A stretch of 64,000 nt of DNA from an uncultured Gammaproteobacteria bacterium (lineage in GTDB: Bacteria; Patescibacteriota; Microgenomatia; Levybacterales; UBA12049), in contig CAYYSJ010000001.1 of the NCBI GenBank assembly GCA_964474445.1, forward strand, positions 142,530 through 206,529, in the 5' to 3' direction. Positions 20,212-28,120 of this stretch are shown here, in pieces (the stretch's first letter is position 1; each line of letters opens with the position of its first letter). The notes under the pieces were generated by a model that worked only from the letters and a program-made list of their open reading frames with translations, searched no databases and was not told the origin of the DNA. The translations under genes and the position numbers were made by a program.

Positions 20212-21006
20212 ATGATACGACCTGATTCACCTACTCCTGTTAAAATTGACCAAACAAATGCCGAGCTTCAACGTGCTCGAGAGCGAGAAGCTGCTGTAAG
20301 TACATTGATTGGTGTTGGGTCTGCACTCTTACCAGATGCAGCAGCAGTCGCATTTAGTGTTGCAGAAACAGTACATCCTGTTGCAACCTTGATCGGTATC
20401 ACTGGAAGAACAATTAACGGAAGAGTAAGAAAACCTCATGAAGTAAAGTTTAGTCCTCTGGAACGCGCAATACTCCGAGTTGAAGATGTCTTTTTGGGAG
20501 ATAAGGCTATGCAAAGACGTTTAAGGCGTTGGCAAGAAAAGGAATTTAGAAAGTTGAATAGACAAGAAAAAGCAAGTAAAAGAAGACTAGCAATAAACAA
20601 ATTTATGGTAAGAGTTGGCTATCCCATTGAAGTTGCTGTGCCTACAGCCTATGCATATCTTTCACGTGTTCCTCACGCCGCGGGTGAAAATGCTATTCAG
20701 GCGGCACGAGATGTCCTCCAGCAAGTTTTGCAATTCAACGCAAATAATCCCCTTCTTAATGTTCAGCCAAATGTCCCAGTACTTGTTGCAGGTGCAATAA
20801 GTGGCGCTGCCGCAATAGCAGCTGGTGCGTTGCAAGGAAGGTCTGAAAGAAATTATCAGAGAATCGTTGCAAATGAACGTGTGGAAATTCCAGAAATTGC
20901 AGATCAATTTTGGGCTAATTATATTGCACCACAATCCCCGCAAGAAAGAGTCGTTGATGCGGCAAAAACTCGAGTCAGCAGATTAAGAAGACGACCAAGA
21001 GGATAA
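20212..21006 (+). CDS. hypothetical protein (264 aa), Arg-rich C-terminal tail
   Basis: N-terminal AVSTLIGVGSAL motif. Ala-rich hydrophobic segments (VLVAGAISGAAAIAAGAL). C-terminus TRVSRLRRRPRG. Confidence 0.35.
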   Translation: MIRPDSPTPVKIDQTNAELQRAREREAAVSTLIGVGSALLPDAAAVAFSVAETVHPVATLIGITGRTINGRVRKPHEVKFSPLERAILRVEDVFLGDKAMQRRLRRWQEKEFRKLNRQEKASKRRLAINKFMVRVGYPIEVAVPTAYAYLSRVPHAAGENAIQAARDVLQQVLQFNANNPLLNVQPNVPVLVAGAISGAAAIAAGALQGRSERNYQRIVANERVEIPEIADQFWANYIAPQSPQERVVDAAKTRVSRLRRRPRG

Positions 21007-21098
21007 TTCGTCAGCAATATCTCCATATTCTTTTGTTATTCTTGTCAATAGTATTCAAGCTTGATATAATCAGAACTAGTTTGTATTGTTTAAATTTT

Positions 21099-21170
21099 GG
21101 GTCCGTAGCTCAGCGGTAGAGCAGGAGCCTTTTAAGCTCTTGGTCCCGGGTTCGAATCCCGGCGGGCTCA
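21099..21170 (+). tRNA. tRNA-Lys (anticodon UUU)
   Basis: Hand-folded: acceptor GGGTCCG/CGGGCTC, D arm GCTC-AGCGGTA-GAGC, anticodon stem GGAGC/GCTCT with loop CTTTTAA (TTT), T arm CCGGG-TTCGAAT-CCCGG, discriminator A. Confidence 0.8.
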
Positions 21171-21320
21171 CAGAAGGTGGCAACTTGTTTGTCACAATCA
21201 AGAATAGCCTGGTACAACGGGCTAATCTGCTGGTTCGAACAATCTGGATAGCTCCAAGATATTCCAATAAGAAATATCGAACCAATAAACATACGTTTTG
21301 CTCAACATTAGACTCCTTGC

Positions 21321-22421
21321 CTAAGTAGCTCGTAATGCCTTTGGATTACTGAGAGAATAGCCAACCCCTGGAATGGTATGAATAATATTCCCAAATTTAT
21401 TTCGTTCTTTTCCTTCTAATCTTTTACGCAAGGCATGAATATGTGCTTTGGGATCAAGTGTTTCTGCTCGATCAAAATCGAACGCATTAGCAATATGATT
21501 GGGGGACAACACCTGTTTAGGATTGCGCATCAATATTTCAAGAATTCTTGCTTGGGTTATAGAGAGAGATATTGGTTGGTTTGGATGAGTAGGTGAAAAT
21601 GCAATTCTTGCATTAGGGAAAAATCTGAGAAATTGGCCATTTCCAAGATTAAATTCTAATACTGCGTCGAGCTGTTGTTCAGTGAATTGCGGCATTTCTT
21701 CTACTTTTGCAGGCTCTCCTCTTCTTCTTGTCATCTCTGTGATGATCAATGGATCGGATAAATCAAGCTCTTTAGATAGAGAGTATCCTTTTCGTGTAAA
21801 AGTATATATTAATTTTCTTTTTTCTGGATCTGTCGCCTCTCCCAATTTCTCTCGTAAGTGTCGAATATGTGCCTTCATAGTTTGCGATAAATCTGGGTCT
21901 TGTTGCCACAGATAAATATCTCTTTCGCTAATCGCTCTGTGAGGATTTTTTATAAGTTGTGTAAGGATTGCTGCTTCGGCAGTTGTTAAATGAATTGCCC
22001 TATTATTATTCAAAAGAGGAGAGTATGCTTGATTTCTTTCTGAGTCAAGAATGAGATCTCCATATGGTGTCTCATAGGTATTTAGTGAAAGGCTTTGCTC
22101 ATGAGAGACAGTCTTGGTACTTTTACCTTGCTCAAGAACTTGTACTACTTTTTGAGCCGAATGGGTAATGGCAAGGTGTTCTGATACTGCTTTTATATCG
22201 GTAAGTAGCACTTCAGAAAGATCTTGCGATAAATCATATGCAGCAGTTAAATATGCAACCAAAAGACCACGACGAGAAAAGGTAGGAAGTTGCCATGGTT
22301 TCGCTGACGGTTCTTCTTGTGGCAGCAAGATTTGTGTTTGAACAGCAATATCCGGAATAGATACTCTTGCAGGATTATCTTTTATTGCGACATGTGTTTG
22401 TGCAATGAATTGTTCATGCAT
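21321..22421 (-). CDS. DNA-binding protein with two tandem OmpR/PhoB-type winged-helix (trans_reg_C) domains and no receiver domain
   Basis: Two copies of the OmpR C-terminal signature: LTTAEAAILTQLIKNPHRAISERDIYLWQQD...AHIRHLREKLGE...IYTFTRKGYSL and LSITQARILEILMRNPKQVLSPNHIANAFDFD...AHIHALRKRLEG...IHTIPGVGYSL. The start is set at the ATG at 22421 (MHEQFIAQ..), because the ORF-track start at 22868 would overlap the upstream gene by more than 300 nt. Confidence 0.55.
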   Translation of the reverse strand: MHEQFIAQTHVAIKDNPARVSIPDIAVQTQILLPQEEPSAKPWQLPTFSRRGLLVAYLTAAYDLSQDLSEVLLTDIKAVSEHLAITHSAQKVVQVLEQGKSTKTVSHEQSLSLNTYETPYGDLILDSERNQAYSPLLNNNRAIHLTTAEAAILTQLIKNPHRAISERDIYLWQQDPDLSQTMKAHIRHLREKLGEATDPEKRKLIYTFTRKGYSLSKELDLSDPLIITEMTRRRGEPAKVEEMPQFTEQQLDAVLEFNLGNGQFLRFFPNARIAFSPTHPNQPISLSITQARILEILMRNPKQVLSPNHIANAFDFDRAETLDPKAHIHALRKRLEGKERNKFGNIIHTIPGVGYSLSNPKALRAT

Positions 22422-22542
22422 ATTCAACCAAAGAAACAATATAATCTCTTTGTAAGTTGACAATAAAGAGTTAGTAAGAAATATTCTTATAAGATTGCTG
22501 CAAGGTTTATCTTCTTTTTGTTTGAAAACGAAAATAATAGTT

Positions 22543-23565
22543 TTACAGATGAGAAGGAATTGGACCTTCAAATTTGTGTGTATCCCACCCCGCAAGTTTT
22601 GCACTCTCTTCATACGAGGTTTGTAGAAAATCCATAACGACCTTATCCGGAAACTTTGCTGTTCGTACTGTTTCATACGGTAAAATACATTCTGATAGCT
22701 TTTCACTAAAAGATGCGGGGTTAGAAGCAAATTGTATTGTTTCCATCCCAGGCGGTGTTGGATAAATGTAGGAATAAAAGGCGGGTTGAGGATATTTTTC
22801 ATCACCTGGCCAAAAACCGCAGGAGAAATTTTCTTCATTTTCTGCAAATTCCATAATTCGCCCTCCATTTTTAGGAGGGGTTACTCTTTTTCCCGAATAG
22901 CGAGTTTGACTTAGATCAAAAGATCCCCAGAAAAATTGCACAGGACTATTTTTCCCATAAAATGGAGTACGAAAACGCTCGAAAATGGGATTAATTGTCG
23001 CTAAAATTTGGAAGAAGCGCGAAACATATACGCTGTCATAAGAAGCGTGAATTGTATCTTTTTCAAAACGAATGGGGTGTGATACTTCCGATGGTAGGGT
23101 ACTGATAGTTACCTGTATTCCAAGAGTGTGTAAAGCAGTCATAAACTCGTTATAAAACTCTGCTACAGCACGGGGTATTAATGCAATGCTTTTAACCTGA
23201 TTTGTTGATGTTCGAATCAAGAGATTGTGTGAAAGAAAATCAATATCAACCACAAATAACTCGTTATTATAGGGAATTTCACCAGTTGTTAGACCATAAG
23301 GAGTAACATATAAAGCAACTTCCCACCAGTGATTCATAAAAGGAGCAAGCTTGAGCTTGACCTTGCCTACTATTTGTATCCACATATGAAGAGTATCCAA
23401 TGTATCTTTCCATTCCTCATAAGGGAGCTCAGGCCAAAACTTGCTTTTCCTATTACCCGCGATATTTACTACCACATATGTATAATAGCGTTTCTCTACG
23501 ATAAATGTATAAAAATCTTGTCTAAGTCTTACCAGAATATCAAACATTAATTTCTTGACAACCAT
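22543..23565 (-). CDS. DUF5996-like protein
   Basis: The pattern WPELPYEEWKDTLDTLHMWIQIVGKVKL...NHWWEVALYVT...FFWGSFDL...PAFYSYIYPTP...LPYETVRTA matches my recollection of DUF5996 family proteins. Confidence 0.5.
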   Translation of the reverse strand: MVVKKLMFDILVRLRQDFYTFIVEKRYYTYVVVNIAGNRKSKFWPELPYEEWKDTLDTLHMWIQIVGKVKLKLAPFMNHWWEVALYVTPYGLTTGEIPYNNELFVVDIDFLSHNLLIRTSTNQVKSIALIPRAVAEFYNEFMTALHTLGIQVTISTLPSEVSHPIRFEKDTIHASYDSVYVSRFFQILATINPIFERFRTPFYGKNSPVQFFWGSFDLSQTRYSGKRVTPPKNGGRIMEFAENEENFSCGFWPGDEKYPQPAFYSYIYPTPPGMETIQFASNPASFSEKLSECILPYETVRTAKFPDKVVMDFLQTSYEESAKLAGWDTHKFEGPIPSHL

Positions 23566-23663
23566 TTCCTCTTCAAGATATTCTTACACTGCACTAACAG
23601 AGATTATTTACAATCACACAAGAGAGTACTAAAACGTTTTATACAAGGAAAGGGGGTGAGTCT

Positions 23664-24341
23664 ATGAATGGTAATGTGTCAGTAAATACTATTGGCCAGT
23701 CAATTGTTATGGCCCTGAATAATGGTATTGCTGCAGTCGTTAACTTTGTTCCGAAATTTATTGCAGGACTTATTATTCTTCTTATTGGTATCGTCATCGC
23801 ATCTTTAGTAAAAAAGCTGGTACAAGAAGCATTTCGAGTACTGCGTTTTGAAGCACTGTTAAAACGATATGGTTTCCCTGAATCTAGAGGAGAGCTTGCT
23901 TGGTCAAATATTTTAGCTGAAATAGTAAGATGGTTTGTCATTGTACTTTTTCTTATTCCCACAGCTGATGTCTGGGGACTTCCACAAATTGTTACAGTCC
24001 TCAACACATTCCTTTTGTACTTGCCAAATGTTTTTGTTGCAGCAATTATTGCAATGATTGGGATCGTTTTTGCAAGGCTTTCTCATGATGTCATTTTGGC
24101 ATCCATTAAAGGTGTTTCTAAAGATACAGCACAAACAATAGCATCCATTGCACGATGGGCAATTATTGTCTTTGTCTTTTTGGCAGTCCTTAACCAACTT
24201 GGAGTTGCTGCTGAACTTGTGAGAATTCTGTTCACAGGATTTGTTGCCATGGTTGCAATAGCAGGGGGAATTGCATTTGGTCTTGGAGGTCAAGAGAGTG
24301 CAAGAGGACTATTAGAGCAGATTCGGAGAAGACTTAAGTAA
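23664..24341 (+). CDS. integral membrane protein (5-6 TM), function unknown
   Basis: 225 aa with repeated hydrophobic helices. Possible conserved-TM-helix repeats; not assignable to a family. Confidence 0.45.
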   Translation: MNGNVSVNTIGQSIVMALNNGIAAVVNFVPKFIAGLIILLIGIVIASLVKKLVQEAFRVLRFEALLKRYGFPESRGELAWSNILAEIVRWFVIVLFLIPTADVWGLPQIVTVLNTFLLYLPNVFVAAIIAMIGIVFARLSHDVILASIKGVSKDTAQTIASIARWAIIVFVFLAVLNQLGVAAELVRILFTGFVAMVAIAGGIAFGLGGQESARGLLEQIRRRLK

Positions 24342-24397
24342 GCTTGATTCTATTGGCAAAACCCCAATTTTACGGTATAATGAATACTGTTACTTGC

Positions 24398-24471
24398 GGG
24401 GCGTTCGTCTAGTGGCCTAGGACATCGGGTTTTCAGCCCGAGAATCAGGGGTTCGACTCCCCTACGCCCTA
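24398..24471 (+). tRNA. tRNA-Glu (anticodon UUC)
   Basis: Hand-folded; very similar to E. coli tRNA-Glu (..TCGTCTAG.GGCC.AGGAC..). Anticodon stem TCGGG/CCCGA with loop TTTTCAG (TTC). T arm AGGGG-TTCGACT-CCCCT. 3' ACCA is encoded after position 24471. Confidence 0.8.
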
Positions 24472-24557
24472 CCAAGAAACAATTACAAACCACTCCTTTA
24501 AAAAATTTGGATTCCTTCATATTCTTTTCATTTCCATTGCTATAATAGATATACCTT

Positions 24558-25010
24558 ATGAAGAAATACCTTATTCTTTGTACTGTCATACTTCTTGTCA
24601 TCCTTACAGGCGTATGGGTAATTGGACATTCTCAAAAGGTAAATCTTCCCCACTTGAATGGTGGGAATATTGTCCCAAAAACCACCGTCTCAGAACCAAC
24701 TCGAACTTCATCTCCTAGTCCAACGAGTAAAAAAATAGTTTCTGTTACTGTAACCCTTACACCAACAGGATTTTCCCCACAAATCATTACTATTACTCCT
24801 GGTACAAAAGTTATTTGGATAAATAAAAGTGGTGTTGAAGCAACAGTTAATTCAGATCCTCACCCAACTCATACTGCCTATCCTCCACTGAACCTTGGAA
24901 AATTTGGAAAGAGTAACGTGCTATCATTGATATTTCCAACAGCTGGACGTTTTGGGTACCATAATCATTTTGATGCTACCCAAACAGGCACAATTATTGT
25001 TTCAAACTAA
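24558..25010 (+). CDS. small secreted cupredoxin-fold-like protein (no obvious Cu ligand cysteine)
   Basis: N-terminal signal/TM, Ser/Thr/Pro linker, and a C-terminal beta-rich domain ..ITITPGTKVIWINKSGVEATVNSDPHPTH...GYHNHFDATQTGTIIV resembling cupredoxin_1-type domains. Confidence 0.4.
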   Translation: MKKYLILCTVILLVILTGVWVIGHSQKVNLPHLNGGNIVPKTTVSEPTRTSSPSPTSKKIVSVTVTLTPTGFSPQIITITPGTKVIWINKSGVEATVNSDPHPTHTAYPPLNLGKFGKSNVLSLIFPTAGRFGYHNHFDATQTGTIIVSN

Positions 25011-27634
25011 TTGACAGTAGCAGGATAGCTTGTTATATTCTGTGTCCCACCAAATACTGCATTTTGAGGCAATTGATACAAGTCATGGAATAGTGTTGCC
25101 CAGACATCCCGTTCATCTACTTTTACATCAGACCAGTTATATTTATCTGTACTTGGTGTAAGACTTCCAATCATCTCTGGCCACGAAAGGACATTACTTA
25201 AAACAACCATTCCTCCTCCAATCCCATGGTCAGTCCCCTTTCCACCGTTTACCTTATTTGTTCTGCCAAATTCTGAAAAAACAACAATTGCTACTTTTCT
25301 TTTATCTTTTTCATCATTGTAGAATTGGGTAAGATTGTCAAAAAGTTCTTTTATTTGTTTTTCAAAAACGAGACCTTCATTGACATGGGTATCATATCCG
25401 TTATCAGCATAGAGGTAATAGGTGTTCCCAACATGGTTAGCAATAAGCTGTTCCAGAAATGATAACTGCGTTGTATTGGTATTGCCAGGAGTCCCTTTCC
25501 CTCCATTTGCGACGTTTTGTTTTGCAAGGCTATCTAGTAAAAGCGCTTGGTTATAGTAGCTTGCGATAAGCGATGGGAATTGTCTTTGAGAAAAGGTAGA
25601 GATAAGAGTTTGTCCAACATTCTCTCCTGTGTTTCCTTTTTTCTTTTGTTGGAATAGTTCAAGGTTTGCAGATCCTATTTGTAAACTTTGTTGCCCTTTC
25701 AACATAATGGGAGGAGTATTTGTAAACGAAATGAGTTGTACTGAAGAGTTAGCAACGGCAAGTTGTGCAAGAATACCATTCCCATTTGAGAGAAGACCTG
25801 TTTCCATTTGCTTGGATGCAACATCATGTGCACGTGATTGATTCGGTAATCCAACACCTGAGATAAGGAATGCTTCTTTTTTTTGAAGGAGTGAAAGCAA
25901 ACTTTGGGCTGCATTATTTAACACATATCCATTACCTAAAGAAGTGCTATTTGCAGGGGTAAGCGCCATCTCTTTCCGGTTGGAATAATAGGAAGGGTCT
26001 TGTGTGTTCGCGACAAGTTGCTGGTAATCATATCCTCCTTTAATCCGTACAACAACAAGAATGGGACTATCACTTGTATTTTGTGACTTTGATACTCTTG
26101 GAAGAGAAGCACTTTGCGTATTGCCACTGACTGTTAAAAATTCAGGTTGTGCAAATAGTAATTCCAGAAGACCTGCAAATGTCTGTTGTTGTGTCTTTTG
26201 AGAGGTACGAGAGAGGAATTCAGCAAGTTTACCCTGTACACGTTGTGGAAGAGGAGAAGAGAGTGAAAGTTTTTGGGAAAGTATACTAACTGTTTGTGAA
26301 GTATATCCTCCTACATTGTTTTGCAGCATCTTTAGTGCCCGCATATTTTGTCCTACTATTCCTTGTGCATCGCCAATCCATTTATTGACAATCGTACCAG
26401 AGTAAAACAGAGAATTACTATTAAACCCATCTCTTCCAAAAATACTTCCAGGTCTATATGGTTGAAAATCAAGATCTGTAAGAATAGATGCAGAAGGAAT
26501 CACACTGTAGTTATTTCTTCCAAAGAGTGTTGTATAGAATGAGGTAACAAGTTGCGGTGGAGATTTAAAACGTTCCTGTTGCATATAGAGGGGGTTATAC
26601 ATGATATCTGATGAGAGAAGTTCTTTCACGGTTGGAAGAATCTCGAAGTTATTTTTTTCTACTAATGAGGCAACTGCGATAACGTCATTATCTAAAGGCG
26701 TATCACTGACATAATAGTGAAGTAATTTACTTGCTAAGAATTCAGCCATTTCATGTTTTTTCTTTTGTTCAATATAGCTGATCACATGAATCGGATCGTT
26801 AAACTGGTCTCCTAAAAATTCTTTTTGGCCTGCATAATGGTCCCGTGGATCAAAGTATATTGTTCGTGCTTGTTTATCCACCTTATATCCTGTCAGTATA
26901 TAGGCAAGCGCATTGACATCTGCGTCAGAATAATTCGAATGTGACTGTGTTTTATCAAGTGGGGTATACGGACCAATAAGGAAAAGCTGCATTAATTCTC
27001 TAGCAAAATTTTCATTTGGGTCATTTTTAGGAGAATTTGTTAAATCCAAATATCTTGCCATTGCATAGTTATTCCTCACATCCTCAACCATCTGAGGATA
27101 ATTCCCGTATGCATCGGCATAAATCGTATTATCAAGCTTTTTTACATCATCGTATAAAATACCATCATCCGCTTCTGATCCATCAACTGAGAAAATATTC
27201 TCCCAGAGATAGTAGAGCATTCTTCGAGCTCTATCGGGATCATGAATCATTTGATAGGTATACTCAACATTGTTAAATTGAATCTCATTTTTGTAGGTAT
27301 CTTTCTTATTTTGTAAATCTGCTAGTCCTTGCTGGTAGGCTTGTTCTTCAGTTTGGGACACGGGAGCAAAAAGCATATCAACTGCACTCCTTGCAGATGT
27401 TGCCCTGCTGAGTTTTTGTATATCATTAGGAATTGGATCAAGTAATACACGGTGGGCAAGATATACTGCCTTGTCCTGAGTCCATTGTTTTGCTAAAAGA
27501 TTCTTTGCAATGATAAAACTTGTTGGAATAAGCAAAAGTAAGAACAGAAATGCAAGGGAAAGGAGTTTCCATTGATCTACCAGAAGGATTTTTATATTCT
27601 GCACCCACATTTCCCCACGAGGAAAAATTGCCAT
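25007..27634 (-). CDS. DUF1800-DUF1501 fusion protein (875 aa), N-terminally membrane anchored
   Basis: The N-terminal half has the DUF1800 motif NENFARELMQLFLIGP. The C-terminal part has the DUF1501 (sulfatase/alkaline-phosphatase-like) motifs VVFSEFGRT...NGGKGTDHGIGG. A single uninterrupted frame joins both halves. Confidence 0.6.
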   Translation of the reverse strand: MAIFPRGEMWVQNIKILLVDQWKLLSLAFLFLLLLIPTSFIIAKNLLAKQWTQDKAVYLAHRVLLDPIPNDIQKLSRATSARSAVDMLFAPVSQTEEQAYQQGLADLQNKKDTYKNEIQFNNVEYTYQMIHDPDRARRMLYYLWENIFSVDGSEADDGILYDDVKKLDNTIYADAYGNYPQMVEDVRNNYAMARYLDLTNSPKNDPNENFARELMQLFLIGPYTPLDKTQSHSNYSDADVNALAYILTGYKVDKQARTIYFDPRDHYAGQKEFLGDQFNDPIHVISYIEQKKKHEMAEFLASKLLHYYVSDTPLDNDVIAVASLVEKNNFEILPTVKELLSSDIMYNPLYMQQERFKSPPQLVTSFYTTLFGRNNYSVIPSASILTDLDFQPYRPGSIFGRDGFNSNSLFYSGTIVNKWIGDAQGIVGQNMRALKMLQNNVGGYTSQTVSILSQKLSLSSPLPQRVQGKLAEFLSRTSQKTQQQTFAGLLELLFAQPEFLTVSGNTQSASLPRVSKSQNTSDSPILVVVRIKGGYDYQQLVANTQDPSYYSNRKEMALTPANSTSLGNGYVLNNAAQSLLSLLQKKEAFLISGVGLPNQSRAHDVASKQMETGLLSNGNGILAQLAVANSSVQLISFTNTPPIMLKGQQSLQIGSANLELFQQKKKGNTGENVGQTLISTFSQRQFPSLIASYYNQALLLDSLAKQNVANGGKGTPGNTNTTQLSFLEQLIANHVGNTYYLYADNGYDTHVNEGLVFEKQIKELFDNLTQFYNDEKDKRKVAIVVFSEFGRTNKVNGGKGTDHGIGGGMVVLSNVLSWPEMIGSLTPSTDKYNWSDVKVDERDVWATLFHDLYQLPQNAVFGGTQNITSYPATVN

Positions 27635-27676
27635 ACTCTATTATTGTAATAACTCAGATGAATTGTAAATGAAGAA

Positions 27677-27970
27677 CTACGAAGTGAAGTCTTTATTTTT
27701 TGGAGACGTAGTACGGTTAGCTTTTCGTGCTGTATCGTATGCTTCTTTTTTTACACGTAACTCTTCTTTTCGTTTTGCTTCGTCTTGGTATCCTTTTTCA
27801 AATTTAGACTGACACTCTTCATTACTACAAACGATTTGTTGATGTTTTACCTCCACTGTGCCGCTAAAATTCTGAACCGTTTCAGTCCACGTTCTTCCTA
27901 TCATTCTTTTGCTGCCGCATCGTTCGCAAGGTTTGTCTAAATATGCAATATTCATAATTTTCATGTGCAA
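27677..27970 (-). CDS. small zinc-ribbon protein with Lys-rich tail
   Basis: CERC..(x28)..CSNEEC four-Cys arrangement, then a basic coiled tail. Lies 42 nt upstream of the DUF1800-DUF1501 gene on the same strand. Start codon uncertain (several Met near the N-terminus). Confidence 0.35.
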   Translation of the reverse strand: MHMKIMNIAYLDKPCERCGSKRMIGRTWTETVQNFSGTVEVKHQQIVCSNEECQSKFEKGYQDEAKRKEELRVKKEAYDTARKANRTTSPKNKDFTS

Positions 27971-28120
27971 GACCTCTTTTTCTTGCCATTTTCTGCGGAT
28001 CTATTCTTTCTACAAAGAGGTTAAAGAGCAATATACTTCTAAATCCAGATACGTCGTCGTGTCTTAAAATTGAAGTGATATTATTATACTACATAGGAGC
28101 AACTTTGTACATTTTCAAAG

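Noticed and set aside
22422-22868. N-terminal 149 codons of the 515-aa ORF upstream of the tandem winged-helix regulator
   Set aside because: This stretch overlaps the 3' part of the DUF5996-like gene in another frame and has no recognisable features. The internal ATG at 22421 leaves a normal 120-nt intergenic gap.
18363-24471. Possibility of an integrated mobile element or prophage bounded by tRNA-Lys(UUU) and tRNA-Glu
   Set aside because: No integrase, recombinase, transposase, phage structural gene or obvious tRNA-3'-end direct repeat is visible. I therefore report the region as compositionally atypical accessory DNA, not as a mobile_element feature.
24350-24601. 83-aa minus-strand ORF
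   Set aside because: It overlaps tRNA-Glu and the start of the following secreted protein gene and has no recognisable features. The ORFs at 21076-21328 that overlap tRNA-Lys(UUU) are rejected for the same reason.
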